A stretch of 64,000 nucleotides of DNA from Calditrichia bacterium (GCA_963777955.1 CAVZSQ010000022.1:480001-544000); one strand, 5' to 3'. Shown: positions 46,348 through 57,270, counted from the stretch's first letter. Made by a program: numbers and translations. Notes: generated from the sequence alone by a model not told the origin.

Positions 46348-47112
46348 TTATTTCTGAATGACCTGTGGCTTATTCCATTTTGCATTGATTTTCAGCAACT
46401 GTTCATCCTGTTCCAGAAGTCTCAAAATGTCGGTCCAGCCGAAACTGGGATTCTGCGGGTAGAGTTTTTCATAAATTGCTTTAATCAAAAGATAATCTTC
46501 CCAGTAATCGAGGGTAAGCCTGATCTGTGACCAGTCGTTTTCAGCTGTGAATTCAGACAGGACAAAATCTCTGGCGTGACTGTGGTAGATATAGGGTGTT
46601 ACGTGTTCCCGCTCATATTTATCAACAGCCTGCTGCCAGGCGATTTGCAGAGCCCGGAAGGAAAAGATTTCCAATTCCAGGCCATGCGGCCAGGTTCGTT
46701 TATGAATGCGTGAAGAAAGATAGTCGACCGGAGTCCTTTCAAATGCGGCGATATGCCGGTCAATCAGCAGCGGATCGATCAGGGGGCAATCGGAGGTAAT
46801 GCGAATGATGTCCCAAACTTCTGCTTTTTTTTCGCAGAACTGCCTGGCTGCCTGATAATAGCGGTCCAGCACATCTTCTTCGGAACCGCGAAACAGGGAA
46901 ACACGCGCATGATAGGATTGAACCAGGTCCGCGATGGCCTGGTCGGCCGGTTGATCGGTAGTGGCGACGATGATGTGATCGACTCTCCCGGCCGCCAGCA
47001 CGCGATCAAGCAAGTGCAACAGAATTTCTTTTTCCAGTATTTTTAACAGAATTTTATTGGGTAATCGTGTGGAAGCAGTGCGCGCCTGGGTAATCACTAA
47101 TTTATTTCGCAT
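46348..47112 (-). CDS. SpsF-type cytidylyltransferase (PseF role)
   Basis: QARTASTRLPNK, GSEEDVLDRY, RITSDCPLID, REHVTPY, RLTLD. Confidence 0.88.
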   Translation of the reverse strand: MRNKLVITQARTASTRLPNKILLKILEKEILLHLLDRVLAAGRVDHIIVATTDQPADQAIADLVQSYHARVSLFRGSEEDVLDRYYQAARQFCEKKAEVWDIIRITSDCPLIDPLLIDRHIAAFERTPVDYLSSRIHKRTWPHGLELEIFSFRALQIAWQQAVDKYEREHVTPYIYHSHARDFVLSEFTAENDWSQIRLTLDYWEDYLLIKAIYEKLYPQNPSFGWTDILRLLEQDEQLLKINAKWNKPQVIQK

Positions 47113-48262
47113 GCCCTAACTCAAGAATAGATTCGATCACATATTGAACCTGTTCATCCGTTAACTTCGGGTACAGCGGAATGCTCAGAGCCTGCTGATA
47201 ATAATTCTCGGCATTTGGAAACTCGCCCCAGTGATAATGATAGCGTCGCTGATAATAAGGTTGTGTATGAATCGGGATATAATGAACCTGGGTACCGATA
47301 TTTTTCTTTTTTAAAATCTCCATTACTTGCAGACGGCTGCGGTTAATTTTATTGAAATCGATCCGGAGTACATATAAATGGAAGGCTGAAAATACTTCTT
47401 TATGTTCGTAAGGTATGGTCAACCAGGGAACAGATTTGAAAGCAGTATTATAGCGTTGCACAATTTCTCGGCGCCGCCGGATAAAGCTGTCCAGTTTCTT
47501 TAACTGTGACAGACCGAGTGCTGCCTGCAAGTCGGTCAGGCGGTAATTGAAACCCAGCATGTGCATTTCGTAGTACCAGGGACCGGGATGGTTGGTCAGT
47601 CGTAGAGGTTCGCGGGTTATACCATGATTACGCAGCAAAAGGAGTTTTTCGTAAAGACCGGGATCGTTGGTGGTGATAGCTCCGCCCTCGCCGGTAGTAA
47701 TGGTTTTTACCGGATGAAATGAAAAAATGGTCAGCTCCGAGTAGCGGCAATTACCGACCAGCGAGCCGTCGTGGTAACGGGACCCGATGGCATGTGCGGC
47801 ATCCTCGATCACAGCGCATTTATATTTTTCTGCCAGAATTTTCAGGCTTTTCATTTCAGCCGGTTGACCGGCGAAATGCACCGGCAGAATAAGTTTGGTT
47901 CTGGACGTGATTCTTTTTTCGAGATCGCAGTGATCAAGCAGATAGGTTCGCTGATCGATATCGGCGAAGACAGGTTTGATATTGTTATAGATCATGGCAT
48001 TGGACGAAGCGACAAAGGAAATAGTGGAAGTAATCCCTTCGCTGTCCGGTGCTAATTCAAGTGCGGCGACTGCCAGATGCAGAGCGGCGGTGCCGTTCGC
48101 TACGGCAACACAATAGCGGGCACCGGTATATTTGCTTAAAACCTGTTCAAATTCGGCAAGCTGCGGTCCCTGTGTTAAAAAATCGCTGGTGAGAGCGGTC
48201 CGGACATTCCGGATGTCATCATCATCAATCCATTGTTTACCATAGGATAAAAATTCGGTCAT
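47102..48262 (-). CDS. pseC: UDP-4-amino-4,6-dideoxy-N-acetyl-altrosamine transaminase
   Basis: YGKQWID, LTQGP, EDAAHA, FSFHPVKTITTGEGG, VHYIP. Confidence 0.93.
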   Translation of the reverse strand: MTEFLSYGKQWIDDDDIRNVRTALTSDFLTQGPQLAEFEQVLSKYTGARYCVAVANGTAALHLAVAALELAPDSEGITSTISFVASSNAMIYNNIKPVFADIDQRTYLLDHCDLEKRITSRTKLILPVHFAGQPAEMKSLKILAEKYKCAVIEDAAHAIGSRYHDGSLVGNCRYSELTIFSFHPVKTITTGEGGAITTNDPGLYEKLLLLRNHGITREPLRLTNHPGPWYYEMHMLGFNYRLTDLQAALGLSQLKKLDSFIRRRREIVQRYNTAFKSVPWLTIPYEHKEVFSAFHLYVLRIDFNKINRSRLQVMEILKKKNIGTQVHYIPIHTQPYYQRRYHYHWGEFPNAENYYQQALSIPLYPKLTDEQVQYVIESILELGHAK

Positions 48263-48271
48263 GATTTACCC

Positions 48272-49270
48272 TCAATAGACTATTTCAATATCAGCCAGTC
48301 TTTGTGCAATGGCGTCAACATCGAGAAAATCTTTGTTACTATTGGAGGCATAAGTAAAAAATTCATCCACTTTTTTACCTCCGGCGGTAAAGTGGCGTTT
48401 CAGATCCCACCATTCGAAATTGGGATAGATTATATAGTGATCCGGATATTCATAAGTAGTTAATGAATCATATTCGGTAATCATCAATTCATGCAGTTTC
48501 TCCCCTTCGCGGATACCGACCTGATTCAATTTTGCACCGGGCAACATGGCCAGGGCCAGATCGGTTACTTTAAACGAGGGAATTCTCGATACGAATATTT
48601 CGCCCCCTTTGCTGATATTTAAGGCTTTAAAAACCAGTTCCACGGCTTCATCCAGGGTGATCCAGAAACGGGTCATGCGCAAATCGGTAATCGGCAATTC
48701 TTTGTGGCCCTGATCGATCAGCATTTTAAAAAACGGTACTACCGATCCCCGGCTCCCGGCAACGTTACCGTAACGCACCACGCTAAAAATTGTATTAGCA
48801 CGAACCCCATAAGCGTTGGCTGAAATGAAGATTTTATCGGATGCCAGTTTGGTGGCGCCGTACAGGTTGATCGGATTAACCGCTTTATCGGTGGAAAGTG
48901 CGATCACTTTGGGAATCTTGCGGTCAATGGCCGCATCGATAATATTCTGGGCTCCGTTGATATTGGTACGCACGGCCTCAAATGGATTATATTCGCAGAT
49001 CGGGACCTGTTTCAAAGCTGCGGCATGGATAACATAATCAACTCCGTCCAGAGCCCGGTAGAGACGTTCCTTATCGCGAACATCCCCGATAAAGTAGCGC
49101 ATGATACTGTCATAGTTCTTAAAAGCCTGGCGCATCTGGAATTGTTTATACTCATCACGGGAATAGATGATGATCTTCCCGGGCTTATATTTTTTGCACA
49201 CTGTGGATGTAAATTTTTTTCCAAAAGAACCGGTACCACCAGTAATGAGAATGGTCTTGCCGTTTAACAT
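48272..49270 (-). CDS. pseB: UDP-GlcNAc 4,6-dehydratase (inverting)
   Basis: TGGTGSFG, SRDEYKQ, AALKQVP, STDKA, YGATK, RYGNVAGSRGS. Confidence 0.95.
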   Translation of the reverse strand: MLNGKTILITGGTGSFGKKFTSTVCKKYKPGKIIIYSRDEYKQFQMRQAFKNYDSIMRYFIGDVRDKERLYRALDGVDYVIHAAALKQVPICEYNPFEAVRTNINGAQNIIDAAIDRKIPKVIALSTDKAVNPINLYGATKLASDKIFISANAYGVRANTIFSVVRYGNVAGSRGSVVPFFKMLIDQGHKELPITDLRMTRFWITLDEAVELVFKALNISKGGEIFVSRIPSFKVTDLALAMLPGAKLNQVGIREGEKLHELMITEYDSLTTYEYPDHYIIYPNFEWWDLKRHFTAGGKKVDEFFTYASNSNKDFLDVDAIAQRLADIEIVY

Positions 49271-49352
49271 GTGATAATTACTCCTTTACTAAAAAGAATC
49301 AGGGAAGTTACAGTAAAACAGTTGCAGTAATTTTAACACCAGGATCGTTTGT

Positions 49353-50012
49353 TTATTTTTTTCTGCCGGGCTGTGTTTTACCGTACAATTCGGTTTCCAC
49401 CATTTCAATAAGAATGTGCCCCAGCATAATCTGGGTTTCCTGTACACGTTGAACATTGGAGGATGGAACGACAATCGCAATATCCACCAGATCCAGGCAT
49501 TTTCCGCCTTCGCAGCCAAGCAGGCCGATCCGCCTGATCTTTTTATCCCGGGCCGTTTGCAGTGCCTGCACGAGGTTGGCTGAATTTCCGCTGGTACTGA
49601 TCACCAGTAACACATCTTCCGGGTGTCCCAGTGCTTCAACCTGCCGTGCGAAGACCCGGGCAAAGCCCAGATCATTAGCGCCGGCCGTGAGGGTCGCGGA
49701 ATCTGTATTAAGTGCCACGGCCGGCAGCCCGGGACGTTCAATTTTTTTGGAAAGCCGGATTACAAATTCAGCAGCCAGATGCTGGGCATCGGCTGCACTG
49801 CCGCCGTTACCGCAGATCAGCAGTTTTCCGCGGTTGCGGAAACTGGTTACCATGATATCAACAGCCTGGAACAGAGGTCTTTTACAGGGCGAAGCAGTTT
49901 TTTGCAAAACGGCGCGCAATTCCTGGATCTGATTTTTATAGAAACGATCATGGACTTTAAAGAGGTCTGGCAATGATGACGGCAATTTTGAAGATTTTAT
50001 TTTAGCAGTCAT
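49353..50012 (-). CDS. gmhA: Phosphoheptose isomerase
   Basis: CGNGGSAADAQH, ISTSGNS, RVQE. Confidence 0.92.
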   Translation of the reverse strand: MTAKIKSSKLPSSLPDLFKVHDRFYKNQIQELRAVLQKTASPCKRPLFQAVDIMVTSFRNRGKLLICGNGGSAADAQHLAAEFVIRLSKKIERPGLPAVALNTDSATLTAGANDLGFARVFARQVEALGHPEDVLLVISTSGNSANLVQALQTARDKKIRRIGLLGCEGGKCLDLVDIAIVVPSSNVQRVQETQIMLGHILIEMVETELYGKTQPGRKK

Positions 50013-50026
50013 ATACTATTGATATG

Positions 50027-50791
50027 TTAAATTTTAGTGTGAATTGCTTTTGAAAACTCATTTAGCAGATCCAGATCAGCTGTGTCTTCAATGATATTAC
50101 CGGTGACCACGAAAGACGCCCCGGCCTTAACTTTGGCGCTGGCTTCCTGCGGAGTTCGAATTCCTCCGCCAACGATGACCGGAATATTACAGGTTTGGCT
50201 CACCGCGGTGATTAATTCAACGGGGACAGATAATTCCGCGCCGCTGCCTGCTTCCAGATAAATGAATTTGAAACCCAGATACTGTGCCGCCAGGGCGTGG
50301 GCTACTGCCAGATCCGGTTTACTGCGCGGGAGTGGCAGTGAATTACTCATAAACTGGGCCGCTGTTGTTTTGCCCGATTCAATCAAAAGGTAAGCGGTGG
50401 AGATGGTTTCCAGTTTGCTGCGGAATACCAGAGGAGCGGCCAGCACGTGATTGCCGATCAGGTTATGCGCATCGCGCCCGCTGACCACAGACAGGAAGAG
50501 CAGGGCATCGGCCTGTGCTGTAATCTGTTGTAAGCTTCCCGGAAAAATGATAACCGGAATTTGAGTTACTTTTTTCTTTAACTCGATGACAAAATGCTCG
50601 AAGTCGGAACTGAGGATAAGGCTCCCCCCGACCAGCAGGGCATCTACTCCGGATTTTTCGGCTGCCGCGGCAAAGGCCGCAATGGCAGATACCGGCATTT
50701 TATCGGGATCGAGCAATACCCAATAACCGGCGCCCTTTTTTTGATACGCTGTCATCAATCGATCATATGCTGTCATCTTTGAAATATACAT
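50027..50791 (-). CDS. Geranylgeranylglyceryl phosphate synthase family (group II-like)
   Basis: LLDPDK, VGGS, IFPGS, YLLIESG, YLEAGSGA, VGGGIR. Confidence 0.9.
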   Translation of the reverse strand: MYISKMTAYDRLMTAYQKKGAGYWVLLDPDKMPVSAIAAFAAAAEKSGVDALLVGGSLILSSDFEHFVIELKKKVTQIPVIIFPGSLQQITAQADALLFLSVVSGRDAHNLIGNHVLAAPLVFRSKLETISTAYLLIESGKTTAAQFMSNSLPLPRSKPDLAVAHALAAQYLGFKFIYLEAGSGAELSVPVELITAVSQTCNIPVIVGGGIRTPQEASAKVKAGASFVVTGNIIEDTADLDLLNEFSKAIHTKI

Positions 50792-50838
50792 AACTTTTCC
50801 AGAATTTCAAGTAAAACAACGGCTGCGCTACTAAACTA

Positions 50839-52161
50839 TCAACTGTAAAATATTTTACCTTTATTGATCACCGCGATGCTTTTTCCGGTCAGGTTATAAT
50901 TATTAAAAGGTGTGTTCAGCGACCGTGAAAATGATTTCGCTTCAGCGGGTTTCCATTTATGATTGCTGTTGACGATGGTCAGATTTGCTTTTTCCCCTTC
51001 CTTGATCCTGGGAATATCCAGATTTAGTATCCTGCGCGGATTGAAGACACAGCGATAATAGACATCACTCAGAGAGATTATTCCCGGTTTCAGTAAGACC
51101 GTACTGATCAAGGCCCAGGCAGTTTCCAGACCGATAATACCGAAGGGGGCAGCAGTATATTCGGTTTCTTTTTCCTCGATCGAATGGGGCGCATGATCGG
51201 TGGCGATGGCATCAATCGTTCCATCCTCAATCCCCTCGATTATTGCTGCGCGGTCGTCTGCACTGCGTAAGGGCGGATTCATTTTGGTATTGGTATCAAA
51301 ACTTTCCACGGCCTGATCGGTAAGGGTGAAATGATGCGGAGTGACTTCACAGGTGACGGCCAGACCTCTGGTCTTGGCCCGGCGCACCAGATCAATGCTG
51401 CCACGGGTGCTGATGTGGCAGATGTGCAGTTTTCCACCGGTGAACTCCGTCAGCATGATATCCCTGGCGATCATGATCTCTTCGGCTACCGCAGGCATCC
51501 CGGCCAAACCGAGTTTGGTGGAATAGAAACCTTCATGCATATGCCGGCCTTTGCTCAATTCGGAATCTTCCTCATGGCCCAGTACCACAATTCCGAACAT
51601 CTTGCTGTATTCCAAGGCCCGGCGCATCATTTCCGCATTCATCAGGCAGGTACCATCATCAGAAATGGCGACTGCCCCGGCGTCCACTAATTCCGCAATC
51701 GGAGCAAGTTCTTTGCCCTGCCGGGCTTTGGTGATAGCGGCAACGGGATAAACATCGACCAGCGCTGCGGCTGATTTCTCTTTAATATACTTGACAACTT
51801 CCTGTGAATCGATGGGTGGATCGGTATTGGGCATACAGGCAAGTCCCGTAAAGCCGCCATTGGCAGCAGCCAGTGTTCCAGATTCAATTGTTTCTTCATC
51901 TTCCCGGCCCGGTTCCCTTAAATGAGTATGCATATCCATAAAACCGGGAAAGACCAGGGTGTCTTTACCTTCAAAGATTTCGCCGTTAAAATGCGCGGGC
52001 GGATTTTTCAGCACTGAAGCAATTTTACCTTTTTCGATCACCACGCTTCTTTTGTCGTCCATTTTTTCAGCCATGTCGATGATTCTGGCATTCTTCAGCA
52101 GAAACTTATCGGGTAATTTTTGAAAGGTGGTGCTGGTTGGTGATTTTTTAGTTGGTGACAT
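50839..52161 (-). CDS. pyrC: Dihydroorotase
   Basis: DMHTHLREPG, CMPNT, EVTPHH, KMNPPLR, ATDHAPH. Confidence 0.95.
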   Translation of the reverse strand: MSPTKKSPTSTTFQKLPDKFLLKNARIIDMAEKMDDKRSVVIEKGKIASVLKNPPAHFNGEIFEGKDTLVFPGFMDMHTHLREPGREDEETIESGTLAAANGGFTGLACMPNTDPPIDSQEVVKYIKEKSAAALVDVYPVAAITKARQGKELAPIAELVDAGAVAISDDGTCLMNAEMMRRALEYSKMFGIVVLGHEEDSELSKGRHMHEGFYSTKLGLAGMPAVAEEIMIARDIMLTEFTGGKLHICHISTRGSIDLVRRAKTRGLAVTCEVTPHHFTLTDQAVESFDTNTKMNPPLRSADDRAAIIEGIEDGTIDAIATDHAPHSIEEKETEYTAAPFGIIGLETAWALISTVLLKPGIISLSDVYYRCVFNPRRILNLDIPRIKEGEKANLTIVNSNHKWKPAEAKSFSRSLNTPFNNYNLTGKSIAVINKGKIFYS

Positions 52162-53074
52162 GTTCTCCTCCGGCAAGTAAATATAACACCGCCATGCGTA
52201 CGGCGACACCATTAGTGACCTGATCCAGGATGACAGAGTGTTCGCTATCCGCGACATCCGAGGCGATTTCCACTCCGCGATTAATGGGTCCGGGATGCAT
52301 GATCGTGATCGGTTTGGATGCTTTCTCCAATCGCTGCCGGGTAATCCCAAAGTAGTTGTGATATTCCCGCAAACTGGGGAACAATCCGGATTCCTGGCGC
52401 TCCAACTGGATGCGCAGCACATTCAATACATCCACCTGGGCAATCACCTCATCAAGATTATAACTGATCTGAACTCCTAATTTTTCGATTTCCCTGGGAA
52501 TCAGTGTAGCCGGCCCGCACAGCGTGATTTTGGCGCCCATTTTCAACAAGCCATGTATGTTGGACATAGCCACGCGGCTGTGTGAAATATCTCCGATGAT
52601 CCCGACTTTTAAATTTTTAAAGGTGGGATGTTTATCCATCATGGTGACCATGTCCAGCAGTCCCTGGGTTGGATGTTCATGGCCGCCGTCACCGGCATTG
52701 ATGATGCGTGACTCCAGCCGTTGTGACAGAAAAACCGGAGCACCGGGGGATTGGTGCCGGATCACCACGAAATCGATTTTCATGGCTTCAATATTGCGGG
52801 CGGTGTCCAGCAGGGTTTCACCCTTTTTCACACTGCTGCCTTCTTTGGAAAAATTAATCGAATCGGCCGATAGTCTTTTTTCGGCCAACTCGAAAGATAT
52901 CCGCGTACGGGTTGATGGTTCGAAAAAGAGATTGACAACGGTTTTACCCTGCAGGGTAGGAACCTTTTTTATGGGTCGCTCCAATATTTCGCGGAAGGAT
53001 TTTGTAGTTTTAAGAATGAGTTCAATATCCTCGCGGTCGATATATTCGAGGCCAAGCAGATGTCGTGCTTTCAT
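52148..53074 (-). CDS. pyrB: Aspartate carbamoyltransferase
   Basis: FFEPSTRT, HEHPTQ, RIQLER, MHPGPINRG. Confidence 0.96.
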   Translation of the reverse strand: MKARHLLGLEYIDREDIELILKTTKSFREILERPIKKVPTLQGKTVVNLFFEPSTRTRISFELAEKRLSADSINFSKEGSSVKKGETLLDTARNIEAMKIDFVVIRHQSPGAPVFLSQRLESRIINAGDGGHEHPTQGLLDMVTMMDKHPTFKNLKVGIIGDISHSRVAMSNIHGLLKMGAKITLCGPATLIPREIEKLGVQISYNLDEVIAQVDVLNVLRIQLERQESGLFPSLREYHNYFGITRQRLEKASKPITIMHPGPINRGVEIASDVADSEHSVILDQVTNGVAVRMAVLYLLAGGEHVTN

Positions 53075-53076
53075 GG

Positions 53077-53637
53077 TTATTCTTTTCCTCCTGAAACTTG
53101 CTCGACAAGATTTACACAATCCTCATCATCAACTTCCTTTAATTTAACCCGGACCTCTTCACCTACCGAGGTAGGAATATTTTTCCCGACGAAATCGGCT
53201 TTGAGCGGCATTTCACGGTGTCCCCGGTCTACCAGGACGGCCAGATCGATGCGGTTAGGTCGTCCAAAATCCATCAGGGCATCAAGGGCGGCCCGGATGG
53301 TCCGGCCGGTATACAGGACATCGTCTACCAGCACGATATTTTTTTCATCGATCTGAAAGGAAATATTGGTCACCTGTACTTTTGGCTGCTTCAGACGGGT
53401 ACGAAAATCATCGCGGTATAGTGTGGAGTCGAGATAGCCGGTCGGAATTTTATGATTCTCAATTTCTTCGATCTTTTTGGAGATGCGTGTGGCCAGATAA
53501 GCTCCCCGGGTATAGATCCCGATTATAACTAAATCTTTGACTCCCCGGTTTTTCTCGAGTATTTCATGGGCCAGCCGGATGATGATGCGCCGCATATCAT
53601 CGCTGGTGATGAGTTTTGCTTTGATCCGGAAATCCAT
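53077..53637 (-). CDS. pyrR: Pyrimidine attenuation regulator / UPRTase
   Basis: RLAHEILE, LYRDD, LVDDVLYTGRT, VDRGHREMP. Confidence 0.96.
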   Translation of the reverse strand: MDFRIKAKLITSDDMRRIIIRLAHEILEKNRGVKDLVIIGIYTRGAYLATRISKKIEEIENHKIPTGYLDSTLYRDDFRTRLKQPKVQVTNISFQIDEKNIVLVDDVLYTGRTIRAALDALMDFGRPNRIDLAVLVDRGHREMPLKADFVGKNIPTSVGEEVRVKLKEVDDEDCVNLVEQVSGGKE

Positions 53638-53691
53638 CTCATCTTCCTTTCATAGTTCGTACAGGGTAGTACAAGTCCCCTGATGGCAGGA

Positions 53692-53726
53692 CAAAAAAAA
53701 AGCCAACAAACAATGGTTGTTGGCCT
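53692..53726 (-). terminator. Intrinsic terminator of the pyr attenuator
   Basis: GGCCAACAACCATTGTTTGTTGGCT followed by a T run on the minus strand. Confidence 0.85.
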
Positions 53727-53768
53727 TATTATTTCTATATGTTGCTTTGCTGATCATCTGGTAGTGAT

Positions 53769-53800
53769 CCTTTTCAACCTCGCCGGGTAGATTTTAAAGG
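53769..53800 (-). promoter_or_regulatory. PyrR-binding RNA loop
   Basis: CCTTTAAAATCTACCCGGCGAGGTTGAAAAGG resembles CUUUAA...UCCNGNGAGGYU...AAG, upstream of the terminator and pyrR. Confidence 0.8.
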
Positions 53801-53870
53801 TAAACTTATTAAACAATTTATCCATTTTCCAATTCCTGAACAAATTATTTATAAAAAAATCATAAGGAAT

Positions 53871-54543
53871 TCATTTTAAATCCTGATGATGATGTTTGAC
53901 CACCCTGGCCTCGACCATATAAATTACATCCTCGGCGATATTGGTGGTATGATCGCAGATGCGTTCCAGATGGCGGGCGATTAACAGCAGGGGCACCGCC
54001 CGGTCGGCGGTGGCTGGAGTCGCGCAGCATATAATCATTGATCAGTTCATCCTGGATTTTGTTGCGCAGATTGTCCGCCTCGGAATCGGAGGAGGCGACC
54101 TTGCGGGCCAGTTCCACATCTTTGTTGATAAAGGAACTGATGGCATCGCGGACCATATTCTGCGCGATGGCGACAGCACAGGTATATCGATCAGCGGTTT
54201 CAACAGGGGTTTATCGGCAAGTTCCAGAACCCGCTGGGCAATATCCACGGCCAGATCGGCAATCCGTTCCAGGTCGGCATTTATCCGCATGTCCGGTGGT
54301 GATAAAGCGCAGATCCCCGGCGATGGGCTGATAGCGGGCAATCAGTTCGAAACATTTTTCGTCGATCAGCAGTTCCAGGTGCATCGATCTCATTGTCATT
54401 CTGTTAATTACTTCGAGGGCCCTGGCCAGATCGCGGTTTTTTAGTGCTTCGATGGATTGATATATAGCTTCCTGGGCCAGGACACCCATTCTTAGTATTT
54501 CTTTGTGCAGTTCGGCTAATTCTTCATCGAAATGACGTTCCAT
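53871..54543 (-). CDS. phoU: Phosphate transport regulator PhoU (several frameshifts)
   Basis: RYQPIAGDLRFI, DLERIADLAVDIA, LERICDHTTNIAEDVIY in successive frames. Confidence 0.88.
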
Positions 54544-54571
54544 TATTTCTCCGCTTTATAATTGTTGTTTT

Positions 54572-55330
54572 TCATCCAAACCGTCCGGTGATATAGTCTT
54601 CGGTCTTTTTTGATGTCGGCTTGGTAAACATGGTCGAAGTTTCGCCAAATTCAATCAGTTCTCCCAGATAGAAAAATGCCGTGTAATCGGAAACCCTGGC
54701 CGCCTGCTGCATGTTATGGGTGACGATAACTATTGTATAATTTTTCTTCAGGGCATAGATCAGTTCTTCAATTTTTTGCGTGGCGATAGGATCAAGGGCG
54801 GAAGCCGGCTCGTCCATCAGAATGATCTCAGGCTGCACGGCCAGGGCCCGCGCAATACACAGCCTTTGCTGTTGTCCTCCCGAGAGATCCATCGCTGAAT
54901 CCTGCAGGCGGTCCTTTACTTCTTCCCACAGCGCTGCATCTTTAATGCTTTGTTCCACCCGGCCGGCAATTTTAGTGCGGTCCCTCTCGCCGTTGATGCG
55001 CAGGCCGTAGGCCACATTGTCAAAAATCGATTTGGGAAAAGGATTCGATTTCTGGAAGACCATGCCGACACGGCGGCGCAGGTCGACGACATCAACGCTG
55101 CGGTCGTAGATATTTTTATCTTCGAATATTATTTTTCCCTCGACCCGGGTATCGCGGATGATATCATTCATGCGGTTCAGCGAGCGTAAAAAGGTCGATT
55201 TACCGCAGCCGGAGGGGCCGATCAGCGCGGTAACTTTATTCCTCTCGATGGGGATACTGATATCGCTGAGCGCACGGGTATTGCCGTAATAAAAAGTGAA
55301 ATTCTGGGTATGCATTATTAGTTCTGACAT
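54572..55330 (-). CDS. pstB: Phosphate ABC transporter ATPase
   Basis: [32 protein letters not shown]. Confidence 0.97.
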   Translation of the reverse strand: MSELIMHTQNFTFYYGNTRALSDISIPIERNKVTALIGPSGCGKSTFLRSLNRMNDIIRDTRVEGKIIFEDKNIYDRSVDVVDLRRRVGMVFQKSNPFPKSIFDNVAYGLRINGERDRTKIAGRVEQSIKDAALWEEVKDRLQDSAMDLSGGQQQRLCIARALAVQPEIILMDEPASALDPIATQKIEELIYALKKNYTIVIVTHNMQQAARVSDYTAFFYLGELIEFGETSTMFTKPTSKKTEDYITGRFG

Positions 55331-55359
55331 GAACTTGTCCTTGTGCCTGTGCTAACCAC

Positions 55360-56232
55360 TCAAACCCGTTTGAATTTTTTACGGAAACGGTAACGGATCC
55401 AGGTTGCCATGAAATTCATCAGCAGTACCAGTGCCAGCAAAATCAAGGCCGTGCCGTAGGCCAGCGGACGCACCTTGGCTATTTCATGATGCTGGGTGGA
55501 CATGATAAAAAGATGGTAGGGCAGGGCCATGAATTGTTTGGCCAGCAGATCGGGAAACTCGGACAGGATCGGCCAGTAAAAAGCGACACCGGTAAAAAGT
55601 ATGGGGGCCGTTTCTCCGGCGGCCCGGGCCAGACCCAGAATACTGCCGGTCATAATACCGGGCGTAGCATACGGTAAAACATTGGTACGGATGGTCTGCC
55701 ATTTGGTGGCGCCCAGGGCCAGCGCCCCTTCCCGGTATGACGTGGGTACGGTTTTAAGCGCCTCTTCGCTGGCGGTTATGGTCCAGGGCAGTGTTAACAG
55801 TCCGAGGGTCAGGCCGGAGGAGATGATCGAGAGACCGAATTTGAATAAGACCACGAACAGGGTGAAACCAAACAGCCCGTAGACAATTGAAGGTACACCC
55901 GACAGATTGCGGATAGCCAGACGAATCGCCCGCACCAGCCAGCCCTGCCTGGCATATTCATTAAGGTAAATAGCGGCAAAGATACCGGTGGGCAGGGAAA
56001 ACAGTACCGTAATCACGCTAACCCAGAACGTACCCACGATGCAAGGCCATATACCGCCGGCGGTCATTCCACTTTTTGGTTTTTGCGTGATGAACTCCCA
56101 GTTGATTACACTTCCGCCCTTGGACACAATATCGATTACAATAAAAGCAACCAGCATTAGAACCAGCGCGGCGGCCACGCGCAGCAGACCGAATCCCAAT
56201 TTTTCACTCAGCTCCCGTTTCCACTTTTTCAT
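55360..56232 (-). CDS. pstA: Phosphate ABC transporter permease
   Basis: GVPSIVYGLFG, ARAAGETAPI. Confidence 0.95.
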   Translation of the reverse strand: MKKWKRELSEKLGFGLLRVAAALVLMLVAFIVIDIVSKGGSVINWEFITQKPKSGMTAGGIWPCIVGTFWVSVITVLFSLPTGIFAAIYLNEYARQGWLVRAIRLAIRNLSGVPSIVYGLFGFTLFVVLFKFGLSIISSGLTLGLLTLPWTITASEEALKTVPTSYREGALALGATKWQTIRTNVLPYATPGIMTGSILGLARAAGETAPILFTGVAFYWPILSEFPDLLAKQFMALPYHLFIMSTQHHEIAKVRPLAYGTALILLALVLLMNFMATWIRYRFRKKFKRV

Positions 56233-57134
56233 CGCAAATTCCTCTGGTATCTCTGCAGTACTAAATCCGATATCAGATTAAAGGCAAAAGTCATGATAAA
56301 CAGCACGAAAGCGATTACGAACAGAGAGTAATAATGGGTGCTTCTCTGCACGGTTTCGCCCAGTTCAATGGCGATGGTGGCGGTCATAGTACGGACCGGA
56401 CTGAAAAAACTGTCCGGCATGGCCGGGGCATTACCGCAGGCCATCAATACGGTCATCGTCTCGCCGATGGCTCGGCCCATGCCCAGCATGACGGCGGCGA
56501 TCACTCCGGAGGCTGCACCGGGCAGTGTAACCCTGATCAGGGTCTGCCATTTGGTAGCACCCAGCGCCAGCGATGCATTTTTCATTTCCTGGGGTACCGC
56601 CACTATTGCGTCTTCGGCAATACTGATAATAGTGGGCAGAGCCATAACAGCCAGCAGGATGGATCCGTTCAAAGCGTTGAGACCGTTCGATATATTGAAG
56701 ACCCCGGCAAGAAAAGGTCCGGTTATCACAATACCCAGAAAACCTATGACCACCGAAGGTATACCGGCTAAAATTTCAATGATAGGTTTTACAATCTCGC
56801 GGGTGCGGTGATGGGCCACGTCGGCCAGGTAAGCTGCCACGGCAATACCGAGGGGAACTGACAGCACCAGGGCGCCCAGGGAGACCATCAGGGTACTGGC
56901 CACCAGGGCCAAAATGCCGTAGGATTCGCGCTCAGGAGAAGTCGGGTCCCATACAGAATTGAACAAAATTCCATGCAGACCGATGTGTTCCACTGCTTTA
57001 TATCCCAGAATAAACAGAAGTGAAAATATGCCAATTAAGATAATAATAGCCAGCAGGCCGTTGGAGAGAAAGAAAATCTCGATTATTCTCTCTTTCACCT
57101 TTCGCCAGGCTGTAGATTTTCTGAGGATTGACAT
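56229..57134 (-). CDS. pstC: Phosphate ABC transporter permease
   Basis: EILAGIPSVVIG, GRAIGETM. Confidence 0.95.
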   Translation of the reverse strand: MSILRKSTAWRKVKERIIEIFFLSNGLLAIIILIGIFSLLFILGYKAVEHIGLHGILFNSVWDPTSPERESYGILALVASTLMVSLGALVLSVPLGIAVAAYLADVAHHRTREIVKPIIEILAGIPSVVIGFLGIVITGPFLAGVFNISNGLNALNGSILLAVMALPTIISIAEDAIVAVPQEMKNASLALGATKWQTLIRVTLPGAASGVIAAVMLGMGRAIGETMTVLMACGNAPAMPDSFFSPVRTMTATIAIELGETVQRSTHYYSLFVIAFVLFIMTFAFNLISDLVLQRYQRNLR

Positions 57135-57270
57135 TATTAGCGCTATCCGGATTTTAAATAAGAATCCTCTCAACACGGCGGAGAGGATTCTATGAACCTT
57201 GTGAATTTAAAAAACAGAACTTCTTACAACAAAGATTTTTTACATCAATTTAGTCATTCCTGTCCGGAAC

